From NCBI GenBank assembly GCA_032718475.1, contig JAUCBJ010008490.1, forward strand, positions 1-64,000: 64,000 nt of DNA. The letters are read 5' to 3'. The DNA comes from Nemertoderma westbladi. Its lineage: Eukaryota; Animalia; Xenacoelomorpha. This document shows, in pieces, positions 35,840 to 47,060 of this stretch. A model generated the notes under the pieces. It was not told the origin of the DNA. It did not search any database and saw only the letters and a program-made list of their open reading frames with translations. How positions within the stretch are numbered: position 1 is the first letter of the stretch; each line of letters begins with the position of its first letter. Position numbers and translations under genes: made by a program.

Positions 35840-36377
35840 TGTGACGGGATCCAGGAGGGATCCCGATTTATCCGATGTGGTATTTAGTCCACGCGTCCCC
35901 GCCGTGTATAAGAGTGAAATAAAGATAACTGAGTTCTGAAGTTCGGTGTATAATAATAGGTTATAGGATATAGATATATTGTGAATTATACGGTAGGCGG
36001 GATACGGTAACTAAAGTCCCGTGATCCCCTAACTAAACTAATTGACTGTACCCTACGCTAGCACTGCTGCACTGAGATAACTGAATCACTGATTAATAGG
36101 TTATTGGTTATATTGCACGGTGGCCTTACTGCTACTCAATCGATGCCATTCCCCCCTCTGATTGGTTAGTACCCTTGTTGGCGCCCCGTGGAGTATTCCC
36201 GTTCACTCCACCTGTTCTCCTTGGGTTAGGGGTTTGGCCCCTGACCCTCTATTGTGTGCTTCCTTCCCACTCTCATTGGGATGGCACGAGTTGGTTAATT
36301 GCCCAATCTCGTGGCTCCCAATATTGCTTATCGGCTAATAACTTTATGGGGTGTTGGCGGGATTGAATAAGCTAACA
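35840..36377 (-). repeat. BEL/Pao 3' LTR
   Basis: Direct repeat of 46523-47060, adjacent to the purine tract. Confidence 0.97.
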
Positions 36378-37089
36378 CTCCCCCCCCATGCTATCTTCCC
36401 GGTAAGAAGATAGCATCAACCAAAAAAGTGCGCTACAATCCCGCTGGATCCCGATCTCGTATCGGGTGTGGGGTGGAATTCTTTTCTCTTGGAGCCGGCT
36501 TTCCAGGCCGCCCCCTATGGGTATGATAACGCTACCCTGTGTGCCTGGCGTCTCATGTCGGGCCGATCGCGCTCACCTCTTCACGCGATTTTTGTTTCCC
36601 CAACACTTTCGCCCTACCTCCCCTCTACTCTCACCCTAACTCTCTCATACCCCCGGACCTCCTCGTCCCTCACTCAGCCTCTTATTCTCCCCCCCCCCAC
36701 ACTAGAATTGCGTTCGCACTCTCTCCGCACTTCACTCTATCACTTCGATCCTCAACCTCACTTCGACTGTTTTATCTTTCCTGACGAACCTCCCCCCCCC
36801 CTCTCGTGCCGTCGCACTCGAGAAGTGTGAAATTGTCAGTTGTCTCGTCCATAGTGCCATAGTCAATTGTCCCCCAGTCCCAGTAGCTAATTGAGAAAGG
36901 TTGTATGACTATAGTACTTACTCCAAACGTATGTATTTTACTGCTAATCACTACGTACGTACATACGAATTGCACTTATATGGTTATTTGCATTAATTAA
37001 ATTTATACTTAATAGTTCGTACGTTACATGCGGCGCCTTCCAGGCGCACCACTTCCCAGTCTCAGTCTCATTCCCTCGTCTCCGGGAAC

Positions 37090-39624
37090 TTATCTGTTCC
37101 TCCTCACGTCCTCTTCCCTGGCCCGTTTCTTGGTTATCACCGCTCCTCTGGCATCATCCGCTTTCTGCTTCCGGACCTTCGCTGCCACTTCCTTGCTGAT
37201 CCCGGTCGTCGGCTCCTTGGGCGCTGGTGTTATTAAAGCCCGATACCGCTTCGCCGGTGGCCCCTCAGAATGGCCTGGTTGTCTCCCTCGTGTGGCGTCC
37301 CATAGGATCATTTTCATTGCCTTTGGTACGTGTTCCGCCAAGAAATCCCTAAACTCCCTCCGGTTCTCTGGTGTCCACCTGTCCAGGTACCGTTGCGTGT
37401 TCATAACTCCGGCGAACGATGCCGCCGTAGCTACCTCTTGATAGGTAAACGGTAACCTTCGCTTTATGATTTCCATGTGGGTCTCCTGGTTTATGAGGAA
37501 GAAACCCCACTTGAACTCTTGGGCCTTCATGCGCTGGCGCGTCATGGCCCCGACGTCGGCCCACTCCTCGAACCTCGTGAACTTCTCCTCGTCGCTCATC
37601 CAGTCGCACTCGCGTCCGTAGTGTCCCCGAAAGTGGCACTTTGGACATCGGTTATGCAACCGTGGACACGCCCCCATCCTGTGACTTGGTTCTCTACAAT
37701 AGAGACAAAAGGTTCCCCGTTGGAACCGGTATAGGCAGCTGCTTTCCCGATGGGTCTGTCTCCCACAGTAGTCGCAGCCGAGTACCAATGTCTCCCGTCC
37801 CACCTCGTCTTTCGTCCCAAGCGATCTCCGCGGTCTATGGAGTCGCTGGTAGGTGAACTTCTCTACGTTGCTCTCCCTGTTTACGTCTATCTCTCCGCCC
37901 CTTTCGGGCATCGTCTCCCCGAATACTATCCGTGGTGCCGTTCCCGGTTGCTCGCCCAACCTGATGGTGCTCCCCGCGAAATCCATCGCCGGCCCCTCGT
38001 GCACCCAGGTCCGCTTGCCGGATCTGTTCCAGAAGGCCCTTGCCCCACTGGCTGTCACCACCCTTCCGCCAACCCAGTCCGTGTCCGAGTGGCCTATCCT
38101 CTCGATGGGCGGTATCTCTCCGAACTCGTCGTCGCCGTCTTCCTCTTCTGGTAGTGTTTCCAACCCCGGTATCCCGATGGATCCACTATGTCCCTTCCCG
38201 CCTTGGCTCTCGCCCGTAGCTCTCCATCCCTCTAGCTCCCTTAGCTTCCTTGGCGGTTGGTCGCCCTCGGCGCCCGCTGGCATGGGCATCGTTTGCAACC
38301 CCGACGTCGACTGTTTCGGCGATCCCACCGTCCATCCCAATTCTCGCCCTAGAGACTCCCCCGAACTCCCTGACGAAGTCCAATGAAGTTCGTCTAGGCC
38401 CGCCTGCTCCTCGAAGCCGTAACTCTGTGCCCTGGCCTCCTCTTCCCTCTCCTCTGCTTCTATCCTCTCCCGTCTAGCGACTTCTTCCAGTCGCTTTGCT
38501 TCTCGTCTGTCCGCCTCTAGCTGCTCCCATCTCTGATACGGTGTATCTGTCTCCCCGTCTACCAGATGTCGGCTGTTGTAGTACACCGACTCGCCCTTCA
38601 GCCCCGGGTGGTCTACCAGACCGTCAAAGGCCACTTTAAAGGCTCTCCTGTAGCTTAGGGGTGATCCCGATAACAGAAATGCCCCTGGTTCCCTTTCGAT
38701 AACTACGGTCATGAATAAGTTAAGCAAACTTATCATCATCCAGTCCTCCTGCAGGATATATCGCTTCTGATATACCTTTATCGCTCCTCTGCGAAACTGA
38801 TATACCTCCTGCTTTCCCGGTCTCGCTCCCCACTTCAGCGAGTTCGCTAGTTCTGCTCCGTATTCTTCCCTAAACTTCCCCCAATCCATTGGTTTGTGGC
38901 ATACGAGCCCCAATAATTGGCCCATCGCCACCGCCCCGCATTGGCCTGTGTTTTCGACCACCCCCAATCCATCCGGTGCCGTCATAGCCATAAAGACTTT
39001 CTGCATATCCAGGAGGTTGGTGGCGTCCGGACCGATGATCCTCTCCGCGTCCTCGCGAATCGCCGATCCCACTTTCGTCGTCGACTTCTCTCTTACTAAG
39101 ACTTGTACCGCTTTCGGCAATCGGTCTAATTTCGGCCCGTCCTTCTTCCCATACGTCCCTAGGTCGAATAAGAAGATGTCCCCATTTGGCGCTGCCAAAT
39201 GCAAGAGTATGGTCCTGGCCGACCCTGCCGTTCCTCGTCTCGAACCCGCTTCGTCTTCCACGGTTCCCTCGTCATCTAGGATCATATATCCTCCTCTGTT
39301 GACGGACTCTATGAATCTTTTCCAGTCCTTCCTCGGCGATTCCCTCGGATACTTCGGAATCCCGAACTTCGCCTCGTCTCCTTTCACCACGTAGTGGAAG
39401 TGTTGGAAGATCGCGTTGTCCAGCGACGGCGTCCCGTAGGTCCCGACCAACCGCTGTTCGTGCGCCTCCCGGAAGTGATCCTGCAGCGCTCGTGCCGCGT
39501 GACCCCTTTCCAACCTCTCGTAGTATCCTCTCGTCTTCTCCTCCGGGTGTCTTTCGGTGAAATCCACCAATATTTCTTTTCCTCCTGACTCCGCCTTTCT
39601 CTTCCTGATCAGCTTACTCGCCAT
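37090..39624 (-). CDS. Extra ORF (~844 aa from ATG 39624): DEDDy-like 3'-5' exonuclease domain, coiled coil, disordered linker, three CCHC zinc knuckles
   Basis: ILDDEG; LLHLAAPNGDIFLFDL; LPKAVQVLVREKSTTKVGSAIREDAERI; LLDMQ; YQKRYILQED, following the WRN/EXD2/Mut-7 exonuclease pattern. Knuckles CDYCGRQTHRESSC, CLYCREPSHRMGAC, CPKCHFRGHYGREC. Confidence 0.8.
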   Translation of the reverse strand: MASKLIRKRKAESGGKEILVDFTERHPEEKTRGYYERLERGHAARALQDHFREAHEQRLVGTYGTPSLDNAIFQHFHYVVKGDEAKFGIPKYPRESPRKDWKRFIESVNRGGYMILDDEGTVEDEAGSRRGTAGSARTILLHLAAPNGDIFLFDLGTYGKKDGPKLDRLPKAVQVLVREKSTTKVGSAIREDAERIIGPDATNLLDMQKVFMAMTAPDGLGVVENTGQCGAVAMGQLLGLVCHKPMDWGKFREEYGAELANSLKWGARPGKQEVYQFRRGAIKVYQKRYILQEDWMMISLLNLFMTVVIEREPGAFLLSGSPLSYRRAFKVAFDGLVDHPGLKGESVYYNSRHLVDGETDTPYQRWEQLEADRREAKRLEEVARRERIEAEEREEEARAQSYGFEEQAGLDELHWTSSGSSGESLGRELGWTVGSPKQSTSGLQTMPMPAGAEGDQPPRKLRELEGWRATGESQGGKGHSGSIGIPGLETLPEEEDGDDEFGEIPPIERIGHSDTDWVGGRVVTASGARAFWNRSGKRTWVHEGPAMDFAGSTIRLGEQPGTAPRIVFGETMPERGGEIDVNRESNVEKFTYQRLHRPRRSLGTKDEVGRETLVLGCDYCGRQTHRESSCLYRFQRGTFCLYCREPSHRMGACPRLHNRCPKCHFRGHYGRECDWMSDEEKFTRFEEWADVGAMTRQRMKAQEFKWGFFLINQETHMEIIKRRLPFTYQEVATAASFAGVMNTQRYLDRWTPENRREFRDFLAEHVPKAMKMILWDATRGRQPGHSEGPPAKRYRALITPAPKEPTTGISKEVAAKVRKQKADDARGAVITKKRAREEDVRRNR

Positions 39625-40133
39625 TCCGAACACTACACTCGCTCACCTGTAGGGTGGTGCCTTACCAAGGCGCAATACAGATGAGTGATGTATTAAGATG
39701 TTTCGTACAGTTCGATAATGGCCTACTTTTCTACTTAACTGCGCCTTTCAAGCTTAATTTAATCTAATTAATTTCGGAGCTAGTAAATCAGCCTAATTTA
39801 CAATTTCCGTCCGTTACTTTTATTATGTTCTAGAACGACTTTCCTTGTGTTACCACTATTTTTCGATTTTTAGCCCTATTCTATTTATTTATTTATTTTG
39901 CTTTGATTCTACTGTCCTACTACTTACTACTGCCTATGGATTTATTCTATTCTCTGATCCATATTCTGGCCTACTCTGTGGGCCTATGCAGTACAGCAGT
40001 ATGCGTCGTGTGGCCACACGATTTATCCAGCTGCACTCATATGCCCCCCTCTCGCTACTAACTCTACTTACTGCTAACTAATATCTATATCCTATTTACC
40101 CCTTTTACCTCTTACTCTCTCTCTCTAACTAAT

Positions 40134-41180
40134 GGTACTACGTACCCTCTAACTCTAACTCTAACTAGGTACTACGTACCTACTAACTCTCTAACTATCG
40201 GTACTACGTACCCTCTAACTCTAACTCTAACTAGGTACTACGTACCTACTAACTCTCTAACTATCGGTACTACGTACCCTCTAACTCTAACTCTAACTAG
40301 GTACCACGTACCTACTAACTCTAACTATCGGTACTACGTACCCTCTAACTCTCCAACTATCGGTACTACGTACCCTCTAACTCTAACTCTAACTAGGTAC
40401 TACGTACCTACTAACTCTCTAACTATCGGTACTACCTACCCTCTAACTCTAACTAGGTATTACGTACCTACTAACTCTAACTATCGGTACTACGTACCCT
40501 CTAACTCTCCAACTATCGGTACTACGTACCCTCTAACTAACTAACTAACTCTAGGTACTACGTACCTACTAACTAACTAACTATCGGTACTACGTACCCT
40601 CTAACTCTAACTAACTATTGGTACTACGTACCCTCTAACTCTCTAACTATCGGTACTACGTACCCTCTAACTCTAACTAACTATTGGTACTACGTACCCT
40701 CTAACTCTCTAGCTCTAGGTACTACGTACCTACTAACTAACTAACTTTAGGTACTACGTACCTACTAACTAACTAACTAACTCTAGGTACTACGTACCTA
40801 CTAACTAACTAACTATCGGTACTACGTACCCTCTAACTCTAACTAACTATTGGTACTACGTACCTTCTAACTCTCTAGCTCTAGGTACTACGTACCCTCT
40901 AACTCTCCAACTATCGGTACTACGTACCCTCTAACTAACTAACTAACTCTAGGTACTACGTACCTACTAACTAACTAACTATCGGTACTACGTACCCTCT
41001 AACTCTAACTAACTATTGGTACTACGTACCCTCTAACTCTCTAACTATTGGTACTACGTACCCTCTAACTCTCTAGCTCTAGGTACTACGTACCTACTAA
41101 CTAACTAACTTTAGGTACTACGTACCTACTAACTAACTAACTAACTCTAGGTACTACGTACCTACTAACTAACTAACTAT
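40134..41180. repeat. Array of ~32 GGTACTACGTACC hairpin motifs separated by variable CTAA/CTCT spacers
   Basis: Counted directly; lies between pol and the extra ORF inside the BEL element. Confidence 0.95.
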
Positions 41181-41287
41181 TATTTTTATTTTATTTTATT
41201 TTTATTTGTGTGGGAAGGGCGTCTCGCCCTCAATCCCACCCCCCTCAGTCCAAAACTTGGACGACTAAACTCCACTCTAACTCCGCT

Positions 41288-44240
41288 CTAAGGTGCTCCT
41301 TCTAAGAGACAGCATTTACCTACTGCTCTCCTGTAGGTTTTTCTGTCCTTCGCACCTATCTTTCCACCTATCCGCACTTCTACCGATCGGACTCTTCCGT
41401 CCTCGTCGGAGTAGGTGCCTACAACTCTCGCCAACCGCCATTGGTTGTTGATGATAGTATCATCCGTGACGATTACGAGATCTCCCTCTCTCAACTCCCT
41501 GTTTGGCTTCCTCCACTTGCTTCGCTTATGGAGCGTGGGTAGGTATTCTTCTACCCACCTCCTCCAATACTCTGCGCTTATTGCTTTAGCGACTTTCCAA
41601 CTTTGGCGGGAGTGTATGTCATCTGGGTCTACACCCCGCATATCGATGGTCGCTGGCCTTTCCATCAGAAAATGGCTAGGCGTCAACACGTCTAATGACT
41701 CAGGGTCATCATTCTCCGGATATAGCGGTCTGCTATTAATTATCCCCTCGCACTTCGCAAGTACTGTCCGTAAGACGTCCTCAGTGACCATGTGGGTGTT
41801 CATTAACTTCGTCATTAGACGCTTTGAACTGCCCACCAGTCTCTCGACGCATCCTAGTGTATGTGGTGCATACGGCGTCCTTCTCTCCCACTTTACTTGT
41901 CGTCTTCTCATGGCCGCCCTGACTTCTTCTCCTTCTAAGATGTCCAAGGCTTCTGCCATCTCGCTCTCTGCGCCCACAAAGTTGGTGCCGTTGTCGCTGT
42001 ATATCACTGCGATCGTCCCACCTTTGCGGTCCCTAAACCTTTCTAAGGCGTTAATGAATGCTGATGCGGTTGCATCTTGGGCGAGTTCTATCCCTACCGC
42101 CCGCGTATTGTTGCATACGAAGATAATACCGTAGCGTTTCTCCGTGTGTCGCATCACCTTGATCTTTATCGGCCCGAACATGTCCACACCGCAATGCGTA
42201 AATGGCGGGTCGTGCTGTCTTACCCTACTCGCCGGTAGTGGCGCCATCTCCTGTACGGCTCGTTCCTTCTTCGCTCGTCGGCAGGTCTGGCACTGCCCCA
42301 CTACCGCTTTAACCTTCTTCCTTAGTTGTTTGACCCAATAGGTCCTCCTTATCTCTGTGAGGGTTCGGTTGGTGCCCCCATGCAGTATCGATTTGTGGGA
42401 GTCCCATATGATCTGGTGGACTATAGGCGATCCTGTGGGAATGATGATGGGTTTCGGTGGCACGACTATACTGTTGTTATATCCCACCCTAGAATTCATT
42501 ACTAGAATCCCATCCTTGTTGAGTTGTGGCGACAGCGTGATCAACTCGCTGTCCCGTCGGAGGTGCTGTTGGTTGCCGACACGTTCCACCTCGTCGCCGT
42601 AGTTCTTCCGTTGTTCATAGCGGATTATTGCCTTGGATGCTCCTTCCAGATCTATGATTGTCCTGATCTTCTTGTCCTTGCCGACTCCCGCAAGGAAATT
42701 CCCAAAGGCTCTCCAGTACGCCACTAGTTTCTTGGTCTTATACCAACTAGAACTGTAGCTGAGGAGTTTATCCGTCGGGTTATTGCACAGTTCCCTTCCT
42801 GGTTGCACGTCCCTAATCTCCCTCACCATCTGGGAGTGTATCTCTTCTCCCTCCGAATCTCCCTCTTCTCCTTCTGATACTACTTCCGAGCCCGGGTCCA
42901 CCTTCCTCATCGGCGGCCAGGCCTCCCTATCACTTAGAAATCGTGGCCCATGTTGCCACAATGCTTCCTTCTTTAAGAAAGTGTGGCGTTCCACGCCCCT
43001 CGACAGCAAGTCCGCTGGGTTCTCGTCTGTTGGGCAGTAGTGCCACCTTTCCAGTTCTGTGCTCGCCCTTATTTCGTCCACTCTATTTGCGACGAATATC
43101 GGGTACCTCGTCTTTTCGTTGTGTAGCCAACCAAGCACTACCATGGAGTCCGTCCAGTAGTGTGTCTCCACTATGTTGGGAATTGTATCCACTAGGTAGG
43201 CTGTGGCCCTAACTCCTAGTCTCGCAGCTGTCAATTCTAACTTGGGAACAGATGCTGAATCTGGCGGCGTTGACTTAGCTTTGCTAAAGGCTAGTCTGGG
43301 CTCGTGAGCCCCCTCTCGTTGTACTAAATAGAGTGCCGCTCCGTATGCCTCTAACGACGCGTCGGAGAACATATGTAGGTCCAGATTCGTCATGTTCCCG
43401 TCCGGGAAATATACTCGCGGCATGTTATATGTTCCCATCCTCTCCAAGTCTCCTGTCCATTTGCTCCACTGTTTCTTGATGTCTTCTGGTACCTCTACGT
43501 CCCACTCATCCTTCAACTTATATACTCTCTTGAGTATCTGTTTCCCCGTGACTAGTAATGGGGATGCTAGGCCTAGGGGATCGTATATCCTTGCTATATA
43601 CGATACATAACCCCTCTTCGTATGGGTGTCTGCGCCCTCTTGGCTCAGCTGATACTTCAGTTCGTCTGTTCCTCTATCCCACACGATTCCCAATGCCTTT
43701 TGCTGCGATTGTGTTCTCTTATTCGCCATGTCCTGTCCTTTGGCTGTTGTAGGGTTGTCCATGGTCGATTCCGGTTTCTTGTCCTCTATTGCCCTGATAA
43801 ATTCTTCTGAACTGGATTGGAATTTGGTCAGGTTGAAGCCGGATCCTTTCAGGATGTCGCGAACCTCGCGCCCTGTTTCCAGTATCTCCTCAACCGTATT
43901 TCCAGACTCCATGCCGTCGTCTACGTAGAAGCCGCGTCGGATCATATCGACGGCCCTACAGCTGTATCTATCTTCCTTGCCCTTTACCGTGTCTCTCACT
44001 GCCATAGTCGTCGTAAATGAGGACGACTTGGCCCCCATATTTTGTACTACCATCTTATACGCTGGTATTACCGGCGGTTCTTCTTCGCCGTTATACCATA
44101 AGAAGCGTTGACTGTCACTATCTTCTTCCATTACACGTACCTGGTTGAACATGCCTTCTATGTCACACGTGAAGGCGTGTTTCCCGTTTCGAAACCTAAG
44201 TAACACCTCTATGCCTATTACCTATTTTGGCCCTCGCATT
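41288..44240 (-). CDS. pol: BEL/Pao pol: RT (N-terminally deleted), RNase H, integrase
   Basis: VLLRFR, CDIEGMF, FYVDD, YDPLG, FSDAS, PKLEL, FVANRV, NPADLLSRG, integrase H-H-C-C, GVDMFGP, SDNGTNF, VERLV, W..EYL, WRLARV. Confidence 0.95.
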
Positions 44241-46444
44241 ATCCGCTGACGGCTGTGGGACACTCCTTGCCCCCCCCCCCCCCTCTCGCCGCTAACTTTC
44301 TGTTGTGGGGTGCTCGTAGCCCCCCCCCCCACTCGCTACATCTAACTTCGCTACCTCTCCCCCCGCTATTATATACCTCTCTAGTCGACACATCGACCCT
44401 ACTGCGGTCGGGTCCATTCACCCCCGCCTCTCCCTCTGCTATTGCGTGGCCTACCAGGCCCTCTACTCCCTGCCTACCAACTACGTGGCCTACCAGGCCC
44501 TCAGCTCCCTGTCTACTAACTACGTGGCCTACCAGGCCCTCTGCTCCTTGTCTACTAACTACGTGGCCTACCAGGCCCTCTGCTCCCTGGTTATGTAGGC
44601 CCGACGTGTTTACATTAATAACACCCATGTTGGAAACGGAATTATTTTGTTCGTTTGGGACAAGGTTATTTATATTATTCTGCACGATATCTGAATTATT
44701 TTGTAAATTCGGGCATAGGTCATTATTTAAATTATTCGAATTATTTTGCGTAATTGCGTTATTTAGATTATTTTGTAGATTCGAATCTGGGTTATTATTT
44801 TGATTATTTGAATTATTTTGCGTAGCTACATTAATATTAGAATTATTTCCTACATTAATATTGGGATTATCCTGATTTAAATTTAAATTACTACCACTAG
44901 GCAAAGCATTTCCTGTAATAAAGGTTTGATTAGTGTTGTCCCATACGGTATTGTCAATATTAACAACGTCTACTGTACCATCATTATTATTACCCCCCCC
45001 CGCCCGTACGGTCGCACCAGTCTTGAGTCTGTCGTGCGGTCCCTGTCACTGGGGTATTAATAAACGCATCTACTGTCCCCGGCCCCTCGAGAATATTCGA
45101 GCCAGCCTCGCTCTCAGACGCCCCCATCTGCGCCAGTTCCAGTTCGCGCATGTGTCTAGCTTTGTACTCTACAAACCCACTTTGTTGTTTCTCTAATTTC
45201 CTTCGCTCATGCTCCCTTCTGGCCATTCTCACCTCACACTCCCGCGCGTCCTGTTTGGCCAACTCTACCACTCTCCTAGCTTCCTCCCTTCGCCTTGCCT
45301 CACGCTCCTTGCGTTCCTTCTCCCCCTTTGCCTCACGCTCCTTACGTTCCTCTTCTTCTATTTTCTCATACTCCCTAAGGCTCCTTGCGGCCCTTTCGGC
45401 CCTCTCTCTTATCTCTCTAATCAACACCATTTCCCCCTCTAGCAGCACTCTCTCCTCCTCTAATCGTCTATCTACTTCTTGTTGACCTTGCACTGCTAGA
45501 TTGAGATGGTACCTAGCGTCTATCTCTCTCACCCGTCTTTCTTTCGCGGAGGATGTAGCAGACTTATCGGTTGTGACGGATTTCCTCCGCCTCCCCGATC
45601 TACTAACTTTCCCCCTCCTCCCGGAACTCCCTCCGACCGACGAGACCGAATCCGCGGGGTCAACCTCGGATTCGCCCTCCTCAGGTCTGTTCCAACCCAC
45701 TGGTTTTACTCCCCGGGCATCGATTAAGTATGGCCCTATGTACACTGACGCTACGCTGGGTCCCATACTCCCACACTCCCATAGTTCAAACAGTTCGCCT
45801 GCAATTCCTTTTGCTCTCTCCCCGGCTAGTTCTCTCTGCCCAAAACGTATTAGGTAATTTAAGTGTCTATCCGACTCACCTAGTCGCTTTCTCAGTCTCA
45901 CCTCGTCTACCTTCGCCCCTTCCTTCTTGGCGTCGTTTATCAGCTTCCGGGTCGCGTTGTAGGCCCGTCGAAGTCGCTCAGAAACCCCGACGTCCTCGTC
46001 GCCGACCTCTCCTCCGTCCCTCCGGGTTCGACGTCGTACCGGCGGCTCCACCGTCGCCGTTCCGGTGGGCCGTCCGTCGCCCTCGGCCTGTAGCTGGCCG
46101 GCGACATCGGTACCGATCTCTCCTCCGTCTCTTCGTGTCCGGCGTCGCACCGTCGGCCCCACCGTCGCCGTTTCGGTGGGCCGCTCGTCGCCCTCGGCCG
46201 GTAGCTGGCCGGCGACATCGGCGCGCCGTTCTCCGTCCCGTGTCGACTCATCTCCCTCTCCCTCCGTCTCGCTCTCTCTCTCTCTTGGCTCGACTTCGGG
46301 TTCCAGGCCCCCCTCATCCTCAATTTCCGGTTCGCCCGTTATCGATGGCTCCGGCGTCGTGGGCCTGTATCGCTTGGTCGCGGCCTCGCGGATCGTTTGA
46401 TCTTCGCCCGGGGTCCGCGTCGGTGTCTCGCCCGATTCACTCAT
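44241..46444 (-). pseudogene. gag: N-terminal gag region of the BEL element (low complexity, coiled coil, Asn-rich); gag core and protease deleted
   Basis: ORFs 44990..46444 and 44239..44904 join across a homopolymer near 44995; PADSVS motif seen in Pao gag N-termini; no knuckle or DSG protease before RT; TAG stop at 44222-44224. Confidence 0.75.
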
Positions 46445-46522
46445 CTCGTTTGTGGCTGATGATTCGGCTAGCTAGGTTGCAGTTCTTAGAGTTTAACTAG
46501 GGCGGCAGCTCGATTTAGTTAC

Positions 46523-47060
46523 TGTGACGGGATCCAGGAGGGATCCCGATTTATCCGATGTGGTATTTAGTCCACGCGTCCCCGCCGTGTATAAGAGTGA
46601 AATAAAGATAACTGAGTTCTGAAGTTCGGTGTATAATAATAGGTTATAGGATATAGATATATTGTGAATTATACGGTAGGCGGGATACGGTAACTAAAGT
46701 CCCGTGATCCCCTAACTAAACTAATTGGCTGTACCCTACGCTAGCACTGCTGCACTGAGATAACTGAATCACTGATTAATAGGTTATTGGTTATATTGCA
46801 CGGTGGCCTTACTGCTACTCAATCGATGCCATTCCCCCCTCTGATTGGTTAATACCCTTGTTGGCGCCCCGTGGAGTATTCCCGTTCACTCCACCTGTTC
46901 TCCTTGGGTTAGGGGTTTGGCCCCTGACCCTCTATTGTGTGCTTCCTTCCCACTCTCATTGGGATGGCACGAGTTGGTTAATTGCCCAATCTCGTGGCTC
47001 CCAATATTGCTTATCGGCTAATAACTTTATGGGGTGTTGGCGGGATTGAATAAGCTAACA
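46523..47060 (-). repeat. BEL/Pao 5' LTR
   Basis: Direct repeat of 35840-36377, upstream of gag. Confidence 0.97.

Larger units (their letters stand above)
35840..47060 (-). mobile_element. BEL/Pao LTR retrotransposon, recent insertion, internally deleted, with an extra 3' ORF
   Basis: 538-bp LTRs TGT...ACA at 35840-36377 and 46523-47060 (two mismatches seen); TSD AAGAC at 35835-35839 and 47061-47065; purine tract at ~36378-36387 on the minus strand; Pao-type pol motifs. Confidence 0.97.

Noticed and set aside
37090-39633. Env gene in the position after pol
   Set aside because: No signal peptide, fusion-protein pattern or C-terminal membrane anchor; the motifs fit a nuclease plus knuckles.
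40134-41180. CRISPR-like repeat-spacer appearance
   Set aside because: The repeat is only 13 bp, spacers are reiterated low-complexity sequence, there are no cas genes and the context is eukaryotic.
41415-46500. Numerous plus-strand ORFs over the BEL element, and antisense ORFs over other TEs
   Set aside because: Antisense shadows of GC-rich coding frames with no motifs.
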